64,000 nucleotides of DNA. Source: a virus. A model generated the notes under the pieces. The model made no database searches. It had not been told where the DNA came from and worked only from the letters and a program-made list of their open reading frames with translations. Shown here one piece after another: positions 46,479 to 55,700 of this stretch. The DNA lies in the IMG/VR virus record IMGVR_UViG_3300042922_000911, positions 31,823 through 95,822 of that record. One strand, 5' to 3'. Both the position numbers and the translations under genes were made by a program. Within the stretch, counting starts at the first letter, position 1. Each line of letters opens with the position of its first letter.

Positions 46479-48164
46479 ATGGCGCGGAAATACATCAATC
46501 CGCTTTTCAGCGGCCAAGCGAACAAGCAGCAACCGGCGGCCCCCTCGATGGGCGCGCTGAACCCGTTGCACGCCCTGCTGCAAGACCCCAACGCCATGGC
46601 CTGGGCGTCGCAGGGCATGTACCAGCCAGCGGCCAATTCGCTCCACTGGTCAACGCTTCGCGCCATGGCGCGCACCTGTCAGCCGGTGGCGGCAACGGTG
46701 CTGACCCGTCAGGATCAAGTCGCCAACTTCGCCAAGCGCCCGAGCTACCCCGGCGACTGTGGCTTCAAGATTCGCATGAAGGACGAGGAAGCCAAGCCGA
46801 GCAAGGCGGCCATCAAGGCCATGCGCGCGCTCGAGGACATTATTCTTCGTTGCGGTGTCGGCCCCAACCCCGGCCGCGCGCGCCCCGGCTTCGACCATTA
46901 CCTTCGCATGCTGACCCGCGACGGCCTGACCCTCGACGCCATGGCCACCGAGCTGCGGCCCGACCGCAAGGGGCGTCTGTTCGACTTCTGGGCGATCGAC
47001 GGCGCGACCATCCGGCACGCGGCCCCCTCGTATGAGGCCAACCAGGCCGCGAAGACCGGGTACGGCAACTTCGCGGGCATCGTCGGCGACGGCTACGGCG
47101 GCGTCGTGGTGCCGTCTGACGCCGAGATTGCCTTCGTTCAGGTCGTGCAGGGGCAACCGCAAGCCGAGTTCACGCAAGACGAGCTTGCCTACTGGATTCG
47201 CAACCCGCGAACCGACCTGGAAGCCAATGGCTACGGCGAATCCGAGCTTGAATTGCTGATCGAGGTGATCACGGGCTACCTCAACGGCATGAGCTACAAC
47301 ACGCGCTATTTCACCAGTGGCAACATTCCCGAGGGCGTGCTGTCGGTCGTCGGCAAATACTCGAAAGACAACCTCGACGCCTTCATTCGCTATTGGAACA
47401 GTATGGTGCAGGGCGTCGCGAACGCTCACCGCATCCCGATCATGGGCATGGCCGACGGCAAGGGCCTCGATTGGACGCCGATCAAGGCGAACAACCGCGA
47501 AATGCAGTTCTCCGAATGGCTCGACTTCCTCACGACCATCACATGCGCCATCTACCGGATCGACCGCGAAGAGCTCGGCTTCGGCAACAAGGCCAAGGGC
47601 GAGGCCGGCGGGCTGGGCGGCGACGGGAACAACGACACGACCCTGACGCACTCGCAAATCAAGGGCCTGCGCCCCCTGCTGATGCGGATTCAGAACGGCA
47701 TCAATGAGGACGTGATCGCCAAGCTCCCCGGCGCGGAGGACTTTGAATTTGTCTTCACGGGCATCGAGCCCGACCAGGAGGACAAGAAGATCGACCGGGC
47801 GCAGAAGATGATCGCCGCCGGCCTCGCCACGCCCAACGAAGAGCGCGCCAAGTTCGACATGGAGGCCGTTCCCGAGGATCACCTGTGGGGCGACGCCCCC
47901 GGCAACGCGACGCTCTATCAGGCCTGGTCGATGTGGCTTCAAGCCTCGACCGAGGCCGCGAGCGGCGGCGACGAGGGCGACCCGAATGCTGACCCCGATG
48001 CCGAGGGCGACGCCGCGGCCCCCGGCCAGCCGGGCGCAGCTCCCAAGGGTGCCCCTGGCGACGAGGAAGAGGACGACGGCGGCGATCGCCCCGCCGGCCC
48101 GCCCAAGTTCCCCAAGATCGCCGAGGACGGCACCGAATCTGACGACGAAGAAGAAGACCAGTAG
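46479..48164 (+). CDS. Portal protein
   Basis: IDGATI, RNPRTD...YG.S.LE, YF..GN.PEG.L, REMQF..W, GLRPL, TPNE.R; acidic tail. Confidence 0.9.
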   Translation: MARKYINPLFSGQANKQQPAAPSMGALNPLHALLQDPNAMAWASQGMYQPAANSLHWSTLRAMARTCQPVAATVLTRQDQVANFAKRPSYPGDCGFKIRMKDEEAKPSKAAIKAMRALEDIILRCGVGPNPGRARPGFDHYLRMLTRDGLTLDAMATELRPDRKGRLFDFWAIDGATIRHAAPSYEANQAAKTGYGNFAGIVGDGYGGVVVPSDAEIAFVQVVQGQPQAEFTQDELAYWIRNPRTDLEANGYGESELELLIEVITGYLNGMSYNTRYFTSGNIPEGVLSVVGKYSKDNLDAFIRYWNSMVQGVANAHRIPIMGMADGKGLDWTPIKANNREMQFSEWLDFLTTITCAIYRIDREELGFGNKAKGEAGGLGGDGNNDTTLTHSQIKGLRPLLMRIQNGINEDVIAKLPGAEDFEFVFTGIEPDQEDKKIDRAQKMIAAGLATPNEERAKFDMEAVPEDHLWGDAPGNATLYQAWSMWLQASTEAASGGDEGDPNADPDAEGDAAAPGQPGAAPKGAPGDEEEDDGGDRPAGPPKFPKIAEDGTESDDEEEDQ

Positions 48165-48176
48165 GAGGTTTGAGCT

Positions 48177-48317
48177 ATGTATGAAGCAGACTTGATCAAG
48201 GGCCTCGACGACAACGCCGCGCTGCCCGCCGGTTTCGAGGGCCTGTTGCCCGGCGAGCCCCTGAACAAGGGCGTCGGCCTGGAAGAGGACGAAGAAGAGG
48301 GCGACGACGAGGTTTAG
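48177..48317 (+). CDS. 46-aa acidic peptide with LIKG and LNKG motifs (not in ORF track)
   Basis: RBS AGGAGG; MYEADLIKGLDD...PLNKGVGLEEDEEEGDDEV*. Confidence 0.55.
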   Translation: MYEADLIKGLDDNAALPAGFEGLLPGEPLNKGVGLEEDEEEGDDEV

Positions 48318-48391
48318 GCCTCGCCGTTACACAGGAAGGCCGTGCCAACAGTGGGCGGGCCAGGACACAGCCGTTACACAGGAGAAGAGAC

Positions 48392-48622
48392 ATGACCAAG
48401 CAGCTCACCGTCGAGGTTTACAACGTCCTGCCGATCTCGCAGGGCCTTTCCAACCTGTTCATGCGCCCCAAGCAGGCGCAGCCCAACAAGCCCGCCGACG
48501 GCCCGCATGAGGTCTTCGGCGACAACCTGGGTTCGGGCGTGTTCCGGCTCGAGGTGCCCGACACCGTGGCGGCCGAGTTCAAGGTCGGCGACGAGCTGAC
48601 CGTCACGATCGCCAAGGCCTAG
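48392..48622 (+). CDS. Hypothetical protein
   Basis: RBS embedded in TTACACAGGAG. Confidence 0.6.
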   Translation: MTKQLTVEVYNVLPISQGLSNLFMRPKQAQPNKPADGPHEVFGDNLGSGVFRLEVPDTVAAEFKVGDELTVTIAKA

Positions 48623-48691
48623 CCATGGCGATCGAGGCCATGGGCAAGTGCCCGGTGACGGGGCTTCCCATCTACCGCCCGAGGTAGGCTG

Positions 48692-51600
48692 ATGGGCGCG
48701 CGAGCGAAAGACTGGCGGCTCAAGCCCGGCGTGCGCGTCGTCCTGGTGGACGACGCCGGCCGGGTTCTTTTGCTGCGTCGGCCTGACGCCGAAGAACTGT
48801 ACGGGGGGCATTGGAACCTCCCCGGCGGCGGCCGTGAGGCGAACGAAACGCCCCTCGGCGGCGCGCTCCGAGAGCTGGAAGAAGAAACCGGCCTGACCGG
48901 CACGCCTACGGGCGCATCGGTGCCGTTCACGTTCCCCGGCGGCACGGGCCGCGCGTTCCTGGTCAGGCACCCGGCCGGGCGGCTCAACGTCGAGAAGCGC
49001 GAGAGCGACGCGGCGCAATGGTTCTACCCCGGCGACTTGCCGCATAACCTGATGCCGCCGACCGCCGAGATCGTGACCCTGCTCGCCGGCACCGGCGGCG
49101 ATCGCCCCATGGCCGACCTTCACCTGACCGCCGATCGCCTGCACGTCGAGCAATGGGTCGCCGAGGCCGTGCGCCCCTGGCTCGAGGCGGCCGTCAAGCT
49201 GAAAGCCAAGCGCCTGACCCTGACCAAGGCGCTCGACCAAGAAGGCCTCGACGAGCTCGCCATGCGTCGCATGCGGCAGCTCCGTCGGCCCGGCTATGAG
49301 CCGGTCGAGGGCCGCGATCTTTGGGTGTCGGCCCCCACGGGTGACGACGACGAGGGCGAAGAGGTCCTGTTTCGATCGCTCGTTCGCGCCCGCAAGATGG
49401 GCATGGCCGAGGCTGCGCGGGCGATCCTGACCGACGCGCGAGCGGGGCAGGTTCCCGAGGGGCACCAGCGCGGCTACCGGAAAAAGACCCTCGAGCGGCT
49501 GCGCTCGACGGCCCGGCGCACGGTGCGCCTGGTCAACGCCACGACCGAGAAGCGGCTTGCGCCGCTCGCGCTCGAGGCCGAGGGCGCAGACGTGTTCACG
49601 GTCATGCAGAAGCTCTACGACATGAGCCGCGCCGAGACAATCGCGATCGACGTGGTGGCGCAGGGTTACGCCGAGGGCGTCATGGAAGTCCTCGCCGGCC
49701 ACGGCTACGCCTTCGTCTACCCGCGCACGATGGGTGACGACAAGGTTTGCCCCGTGTGCCGCGCCCGCGAGGGCGTCAAAATGACGATCAAGCGGTTCCT
49801 CAAGGCCTATCCCTTGCACGTTCGGTGTAGATGCTACCCGCACACCAGCCCCCTCGCCGAGCCGCGCGCGCTCAACTGGCGGGCCAAGAAGACCGCCAAG
49901 GTCATTATGAAAGGACTTGCGACCATGGAAACGAGCCTCATGGCCCTTCGCGCCCTCACGGGCGAGCAGCCCCCCATGGCCGATCTGGTCAAGGCCTTCG
50001 GCGGCAAGGCCGACCCCGAGAAGCTGCGCGAGATCGCCAAGAAGCGCACGCGCGGCCCCGGCGGCAAGTTCGCGGCGGGTAAAGTCACGCCCGAAGAGAT
50101 CAAGAACATCAGGCAGAAAGCCGGTATGGACGCCGGTGCGCCCCCGAAGGGCACCAAGGACCACACCATTCACCACCTCGGCAAGGCCGCGAAGCGCGAG
50201 CGCGACGCCCAGGCGGCGGCTGACGCCCCGGTGCCCATGCAGGCCCCCGGCGACCCGACCGACCCCAAGGGGCCGACCGTCGGGCCGCAGGGGCCGAAGG
50301 CCAGCACCAAGGGGGCGATCGACGACAAGAACCCGCAGCACCTCGTCGAGGCGGCGAACAAGGCCCTCGAGCAGCTCCGTACCCTCAAGCCCGGCACGCC
50401 CGAGTTTGAACACGTCAGGACGCAGTACGAGGGCCTGCGGCAGGCCGTGCGCGGCTGGAACAAGTCGAAGGGCGAGAGCGCCAAGCCCAAGCCCGTCGAG
50501 GTGCCTCCCAAGCCCGACCACTTCGACGGCGAGCTGCGAACCCCCCGACAGTTTGAGCTCGCGGCCGCCGCGGCGACCACGAAGGAAGACGCGATCGCCC
50601 TCGGCAAGCATTTCGAGGCCGTGGCGCAGCGCGACAACCTCGGCAGCGACTACAAGGACACCTGGAACGAGATCAAAGCGGCGATCGCCAAGCTCCCCAC
50701 GCGCGAGGAAGTCGAGCATGGGAAGGCCGAGAAGCAAGCCAAGCTGGAAGGCATCAAGGCGAAGAGCGGTGCGCCCTCGACGCCCGCCCCTGGCCCCGCG
50801 CCCAAGCCCAAACCCAAGAAGGAAGACAAGCCCCAAGAGTTCACGGCGGCCGAGCCGACCGAGGAAGAGAAGAAGGCGAACGCCGAGGCGATCGCCGCCG
50901 TGCCGCACGGCCCCGGTGCCGACTTCGCGAGCGCCCCGCCAGCCGAGGACAAGCCCAAGCCGAAGAGCAAGCAGCCCCACGAAATGACGTTCAGCGAGTA
51001 CCGCGACAGCTACCACGCCGACGTGTCGGGTTCCCGACCCGAGAACCACAAGGCGATCATCAGCCGTGCGCTCGAGCGCGGCGAAACCGTTCCCGACCAC
51101 GTTCTCGACGAGCATGGCGGGCACGGCCGCGCGGTCGTCGAGGGCATGAAGACCTACAACGCCCCGCAGACCGAGGAAATGAAGCAGGAAGAGGGCCGCA
51201 TTGCAGCCGCCGAGGCCGCTGACGGCCGCAAGCCCGCGAAGCCCGACCCGGCCGACGGAGGGGGCGAGGGGGCTGCGGCCGAGCTGCCCGAGGGCGTGAC
51301 GCGCAACGGCGACGGCTACGACTTGGGGCCTGACGCTGACGCCTTTGAAGTGCCGGCGACGGTCAAGAAGCCCGACGGCAGCGACTACGAGAGCTTTGGC
51401 GACCAAGCCAGCGACGAAATGCACCTCGGCCGGTATCAGCCGGGCTACGGCTCGGCGGCCTGGTCGGGCTACTACGATCACGACGAGGAAACGGGCGCGA
51501 AGAGCTGGGATCTGGAAGACGCCCGGCAGATCCTCAAGCTCGACCACGCGATCGGCTGGAAGCAGGCGTCGAAATGCCTGGAAGCCGCCAAGAACGACGA

Positions 51601-52621
51601 CGGCACGGTTCACCCCGAGAAGCTGGCCCAGGCCGTCGCCAAGCACATGGACTGGAAGCGGCAGCAACCGGCGGGCCGGCTCTTCCCCGAAGAGTACGCC
51701 CACATGAAGCTGCATGACGCGGCAAGCAAGGAGAAAGACCCCGCGAAGGCGCGCGCCATGCGGTCGGCCGCGAGCCTCGCGGGGAGCTTCCCCACGGGCG
51801 AAGCGCACCACGACGCCCTGCTCGCGCCCCTGATGGAGGAACAAGCCCACAACTACGACCGGGCGGCACAGGCCGACGCGGCCAACGCCGACCCCGAGAA
51901 GCGCGGCAAGCGCGTCGGCAAGGATGCCCAATTCGCCATGCACCACACCGTCGTCAGCTCCAACCTGACGGCGATCGCCAAGCACCGGATCGCGACCGGG
52001 CAAGAGCCCTTCCCCATCCAGTCGGCGGGGTCGGTCAAGCTGCACCGCGCCGCAGGCCACAAGCTGCCCGACAACGCCACGGGCATCGGGGTCGATAAGC
52101 CGAAAGACACCGATAGCGCCCCGGCCGCAGCTCCAGAGCCCAAGGGCGGCGCGGTCGTTCCGGCGGGGCCGCAGGCTGTCGCCCAGGCCGACGCCCCCGG
52201 CGCGGTCGCTACACAGGAAACCGGCTCGAGGGCTGTTACACAGGAAGCCGAGCAGGGTGGCGCGGCCGTTACACAGGAAGACGCTACACAGGAAGCCCCC
52301 GGCGGGGCCGTGGTGCCCGCGCCGAAGCCCGGCGCGGTGACGGAGGGGGGCGCAGATGGCGACGCGGCAGACGTTGGGGGCAATCCTGCTGATGGCGGGT
52401 CTTCTAGCGACGATCGAGGCGCGGGGGAGGACGCCGCACCCGGCGGGGATAGCGGCGGCGATCGCCCTGACGGCGGCCCTGTACCTGGCGGCGGCGTGAA
52501 GCCCGCGGCGGGCAAGAAGGACGACAAGCATGGCCAGCACATCGGCAAGTTCGTCAGCGGCCTCATGGACGTGCTTCGCAAGGTGAACGCCGAGGTGGAC
52601 AGCGAAAACCTCAAGTCGTAG
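48692..52621 (+). CDS. NUDIX hydrolase - MuF head morphogenesis fusion with long C-terminal cargo
   Basis: Nudix box GGREANETPLGGALRELEEETG; MuF motif DDKVCPVC...PLHVRCRC; lies after the portal. Confidence 0.75.
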   Translation: MGARAKDWRLKPGVRVVLVDDAGRVLLLRRPDAEELYGGHWNLPGGGREANETPLGGALRELEEETGLTGTPTGASVPFTFPGGTGRAFLVRHPAGRLNVEKRESDAAQWFYPGDLPHNLMPPTAEIVTLLAGTGGDRPMADLHLTADRLHVEQWVAEAVRPWLEAAVKLKAKRLTLTKALDQEGLDELAMRRMRQLRRPGYEPVEGRDLWVSAPTGDDDEGEEVLFRSLVRARKMGMAEAARAILTDARAGQVPEGHQRGYRKKTLERLRSTARRTVRLVNATTEKRLAPLALEAEGADVFTVMQKLYDMSRAETIAIDVVAQGYAEGVMEVLAGHGYAFVYPRTMGDDKVCPVCRAREGVKMTIKRFLKAYPLHVRCRCYPHTSPLAEPRALNWRAKKTAKVIMKGLATMETSLMALRALTGEQPPMADLVKAFGGKADPEKLREIAKKRTRGPGGKFAAGKVTPEEIKNIRQKAGMDAGAPPKGTKDHTIHHLGKAAKRERDAQAAADAPVPMQAPGDPTDPKGPTVGPQGPKASTKGAIDDKNPQHLVEAANKALEQLRTLKPGTPEFEHVRTQYEGLRQAVRGWNKSKGESAKPKPVEVPPKPDHFDGELRTPRQFELAAAAATTKEDAIALGKHFEAVAQRDNLGSDYKDTWNEIKAAIAKLPTREEVEHGKAEKQAKLEGIKAKSGAPSTPAPGPAPKPKPKKEDKPQEFTAAEPTEEEKKANAEAIAAVPHGPGADFASAPPAEDKPKPKSKQPHEMTFSEYRDSYHADVSGSRPENHKAIISRALERGETVPDHVLDEHGGHGRAVVEGMKTYNAPQTEEMKQEEGRIAAAEAADGRKPAKPDPADGGGEGAAAELPEGVTRNGDGYDLGPDADAFEVPATVKKPDGSDYESFGDQASDEMHLGRYQPGYGSAAWSGYYDHDEETGAKSWDLEDARQILKLDHAIGWKQASKCLEAAKNDDGTVHPEKLAQAVAKHMDWKRQQPAGRLFPEEYAHMKLHDAASKEKDPAKARAMRSAASLAGSFPTGEAHHDALLAPLMEEQAHNYDRAAQADAANADPEKRGKRVGKDAQFAMHHTVVSSNLTAIAKHRIATGQEPFPIQSAGSVKLHRAAGHKLPDNATGIGVDKPKDTDSAPAAAPEPKGGAVVPAGPQAVAQADAPGAVATQETGSRAVTQEAEQGGAAVTQEDATQEAPGGAVVPAPKPGAVTEGGADGDAADVGGNPADGGSSSDDRGAGEDAAPGGDSGGDRPDGGPVPGGGVKPAAGKKDDKHGQHIGKFVSGLMDVLRKVNAEVDSENLKS
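52209..52292 (+). repeat. Four (T/C)TACACAGG sites inside a CDS, read as (V/A)TQE
   Basis: 52209, 52236, 52269, 52284. Confidence 0.9.
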
Positions 52622-52654
52622 CGCGAAGAGCTGCGAGAAACAACCGGGGCGCGT

Positions 52655-52694
52655 GGCAGAAAACAGGCCTGCCGCGCGCCCTTTTCCGTATGCT
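52655..52694 (+). promoter_or_regulatory. Phage-specific promoter GGCAGAAA-N26-TATGCT
   Basis: Upstream of the giant protein gene. Confidence 0.65.
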
Positions 52695-52740
52695 GAAAAC
52701 CACCATTTGACACCCCGACGGGAACAGGAGAGTTAGCAGC

Positions 52741-55700
52741 ATGAGCCTCGCCCACAACCCCTTTTTGCGCCGCATGTCGGCCACTATCCTCGCGCTTTCG
52801 GTGAACCTGCACCAGGCCGACGAGCAAGACGCCCTCGAAAAGGCGCTCGTCGATGTGAAGCAGCACAGCCGCGTCACGAAGAGCGGCAAGACCGTCACCG
52901 TGAAGCAGCACCAGCGCGCCGTTCTCTCGGGCGCTGAGAAAACCGACGTGGTTCACCACCTCGCGCAGGCCATGGCCGACAAGGCCAACGGCGGCCGCGC
53001 GCGCATCGACCACCACGGCCACGCGCTCACGGCCGCGCACGCGATCGCCAAGAAGACCGGCAAGGCCGTCCACGTCACCAGCCACAAGGACGGCGGCTTC
53101 GTGCTGTCGCACGCGGCCCCCAAGAAGGCGGGCGTCGGCTCGATCGCGGTTCACGGCGACGGCAAGCACGTCATGCACCACCCCGAACACGGCAAGGTCG
53201 AGCTGAGCCGCGATCACGCGGCCAAGGTCTTGAAGGCCAAGCACCGCCCGGTTCAGGTGACGGCCCAGGCCCCCTCGAGCGAGAAGGCCCCGGCCCCCGA
53301 GAAGCCCAAGAAGGCCAGCGCGGCGCTCGCGGCCGTGCCCGTGCAGCCCAAGAAAGCCATCGTCCATTCCGAGGTGCCCGGCGGGCCGAAGTACGCGAGC
53401 CTGCACGCCGACGAGATCAACGTCGATGCCAACGCCTACCAGTTCAAGGACGGCGGCGATCAGCATGGCGTCACCGATCGCTTGAAGAGCGTGACGAGCT
53501 GGGATGCGACTTCCGGCCTCATGAACCCCATCCTGGTTCATGAGCGCGCCGACGGCACGCACTACGTCGTGGACGGCCACCAGCGCACCGGCCTCGCCAA
53601 GCGGCTCAAGGAACAGGGCCACGACATTCCCCCGCTCAACGCCGTGATCTTCAAGGAATCCGACGGCTACACCGTGGACGAAATGAAGCGGATCGGCGCG
53701 CTCGCCAACATTCGGCAGGGCACCGGCACGGCCGTCGATATTGCCAAGGTCATGAAGGTGCGCGCCTTCGACGAGCATGAGCGCGCGACCATCCCCGCCG
53801 GCAGCAACGAGGACTTCAAGGACGGCGAGGCGATCGCCAGCCTGTCGAAGGAAGCGTTCGACTACCTGACCACCGCTGGCGTCCACAAGGACCCCAAGAA
53901 GAACGCGCAGTTCGCGGCGATCGTCGCGCGCAAGATCAGCGACCCCAAGGAACAGGTCGCAGCTCTTCGCGAGCTCAAGAACGACCCGCCCGCCGGCCGC
54001 GAGGAATGCGAAGACGTGGTGGACGAGCTTGCATCCGAGGGGTTCGCCAACAAGCACGTTCAGCGCGACATTTGGGGCAACGAGAAGCAGACCGAGAGCC
54101 TGGCGAAGCCCACGGCCGAGATCAAGGCGACCGTGCGCCGCATGCTGGAATCGGAAAAGAGCGCCCTCGGCAACGCCGTGAGGCACAAGGCCCGGCTCGA
54201 GGCGGCCGGTAACAAGATCGACGAGGCCGCGAACAAGAAGGGTTACGACGCGGCCGATACACTCTCCAAGGTCCTCAAGGAGTTCAGCGGCCGTAACACG
54301 CAGAACGAGGTGAAAGACGCCATCAAGGAGGCAGCGAAGCAGTATGCAACAGGAGAAATCAGCCGGAAACGAGCCGCCGATCGGGTCGTCGAAGCCCTCG
54401 AAAGCTTCTACGCCGGGCATGCGGGTGGCGGCAGCGGTCACAGCGTACCACGAAGCGCATCAGCAGGCCCCGAAACTCTTTTCGAGGCAGACACCCCCAT
54501 CCAAGTAAGCAGCGATCAGCTCGGCTTGCTCGGCGGGGAGGCATCCGGCGCGGGCGTCGGTTCCCCTGGCCCGGCCGGGATGCCCGCCCCGGCCGCGAGC
54601 GAGCGCGATCAACTGGAAGCGGCCGTCGCGGCCAAGCTCGGCGGCGCGGTGCCCAAGGAGGTCGGCCACGTTCTCGACATGGCGGGCAACCCTGACAAGG
54701 TGTATGCCGCGATCCAGCTCGCCGAGAAGCGCGCGGCCGAGTACAAAAATTCCCGGCACGAAGACGAGCGCGCCATGGTCGATGCCTACAAGCACGCCGC
54801 GGCGGCGATTCTCGACACGCCCACGTTCAAGGCCCGCGATAGCGTCATGCGTGCCGAGGACGCGAAGCGCGCCAAGATCGACAACGGCAAGAACGCCCCG
54901 GCGGGCAAGCCGACCCCGCCGGCCCCCAAGGGCGAGCCGTCGGTTCTCGACAAGCTGAAAGCCGAAATGGACACGGCGCAGGATGCCTTCGTGGCCAAGC
55001 ACATGGAAGACCTCAAGCCGCACATGCGCGACGAGCTCGATCACCTGGAAGCCAAGTCGTCGATCAACGCGGCGTTCTCGGCGAACCTGACCGACGCCAA
55101 GCGCCATGACGCCGTGGAATCGGTCAAGCGCCAGTTTGTCGCGGGCGTTCAGGGCAAGGGCGCGCTGACCGACGCCGATCACACCGAGCGCGGCATGCGC
55201 GCCGACGCCATGAAGAAGCAAGCCGCCTACCACGCGGCCTCGACGGCGCACGACGAGGCCCGCTTCAAGGGCGGCGACGCGGCGGGCACCAAGAAGGCCA
55301 AGGAGGACGCTCACGCCGCCTGGAAGGATGCCGAAAACAACCTGACCCGCCACCTGACCGGCAACAAGGCCCCGGCCGCGAGCGAGGCCCCGAAGGCTGG
55401 CGCGTCGGCCGACGAGCTGCACGCTGCCTACCAGGCGGCGGCGTCGAAGGCCAGCCGCGCCATGGGCCGCGATAGCGCGGCGTTTGAGCAGCACATCGGC
55501 GAGGCCAACAAGCACGCCGAGGCCTACAAGCAGCTCACCGGCAAGCCGGTCCTGCACCATGGCAAGGATGCCGGCGGCGATCGCCCGGCGAGCAAGCCGC
55601 AAGGCCCCTCGCTCGAGGGCCAGAAGGGCTCGACGCCCGGCGCTCACGAAATGACGTTCAGCGAGTACAAGAACAGCATCCACGCCGAAATTGGCGGGTC

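Noticed and set aside
136-52292. TTACACAGG as DnaA box, full parS, or simply a Shine-Dalgarno
   Set aside because: Does not match TTWTNCACA, is not palindromic like parS, and most copies are far from start codons or reversed
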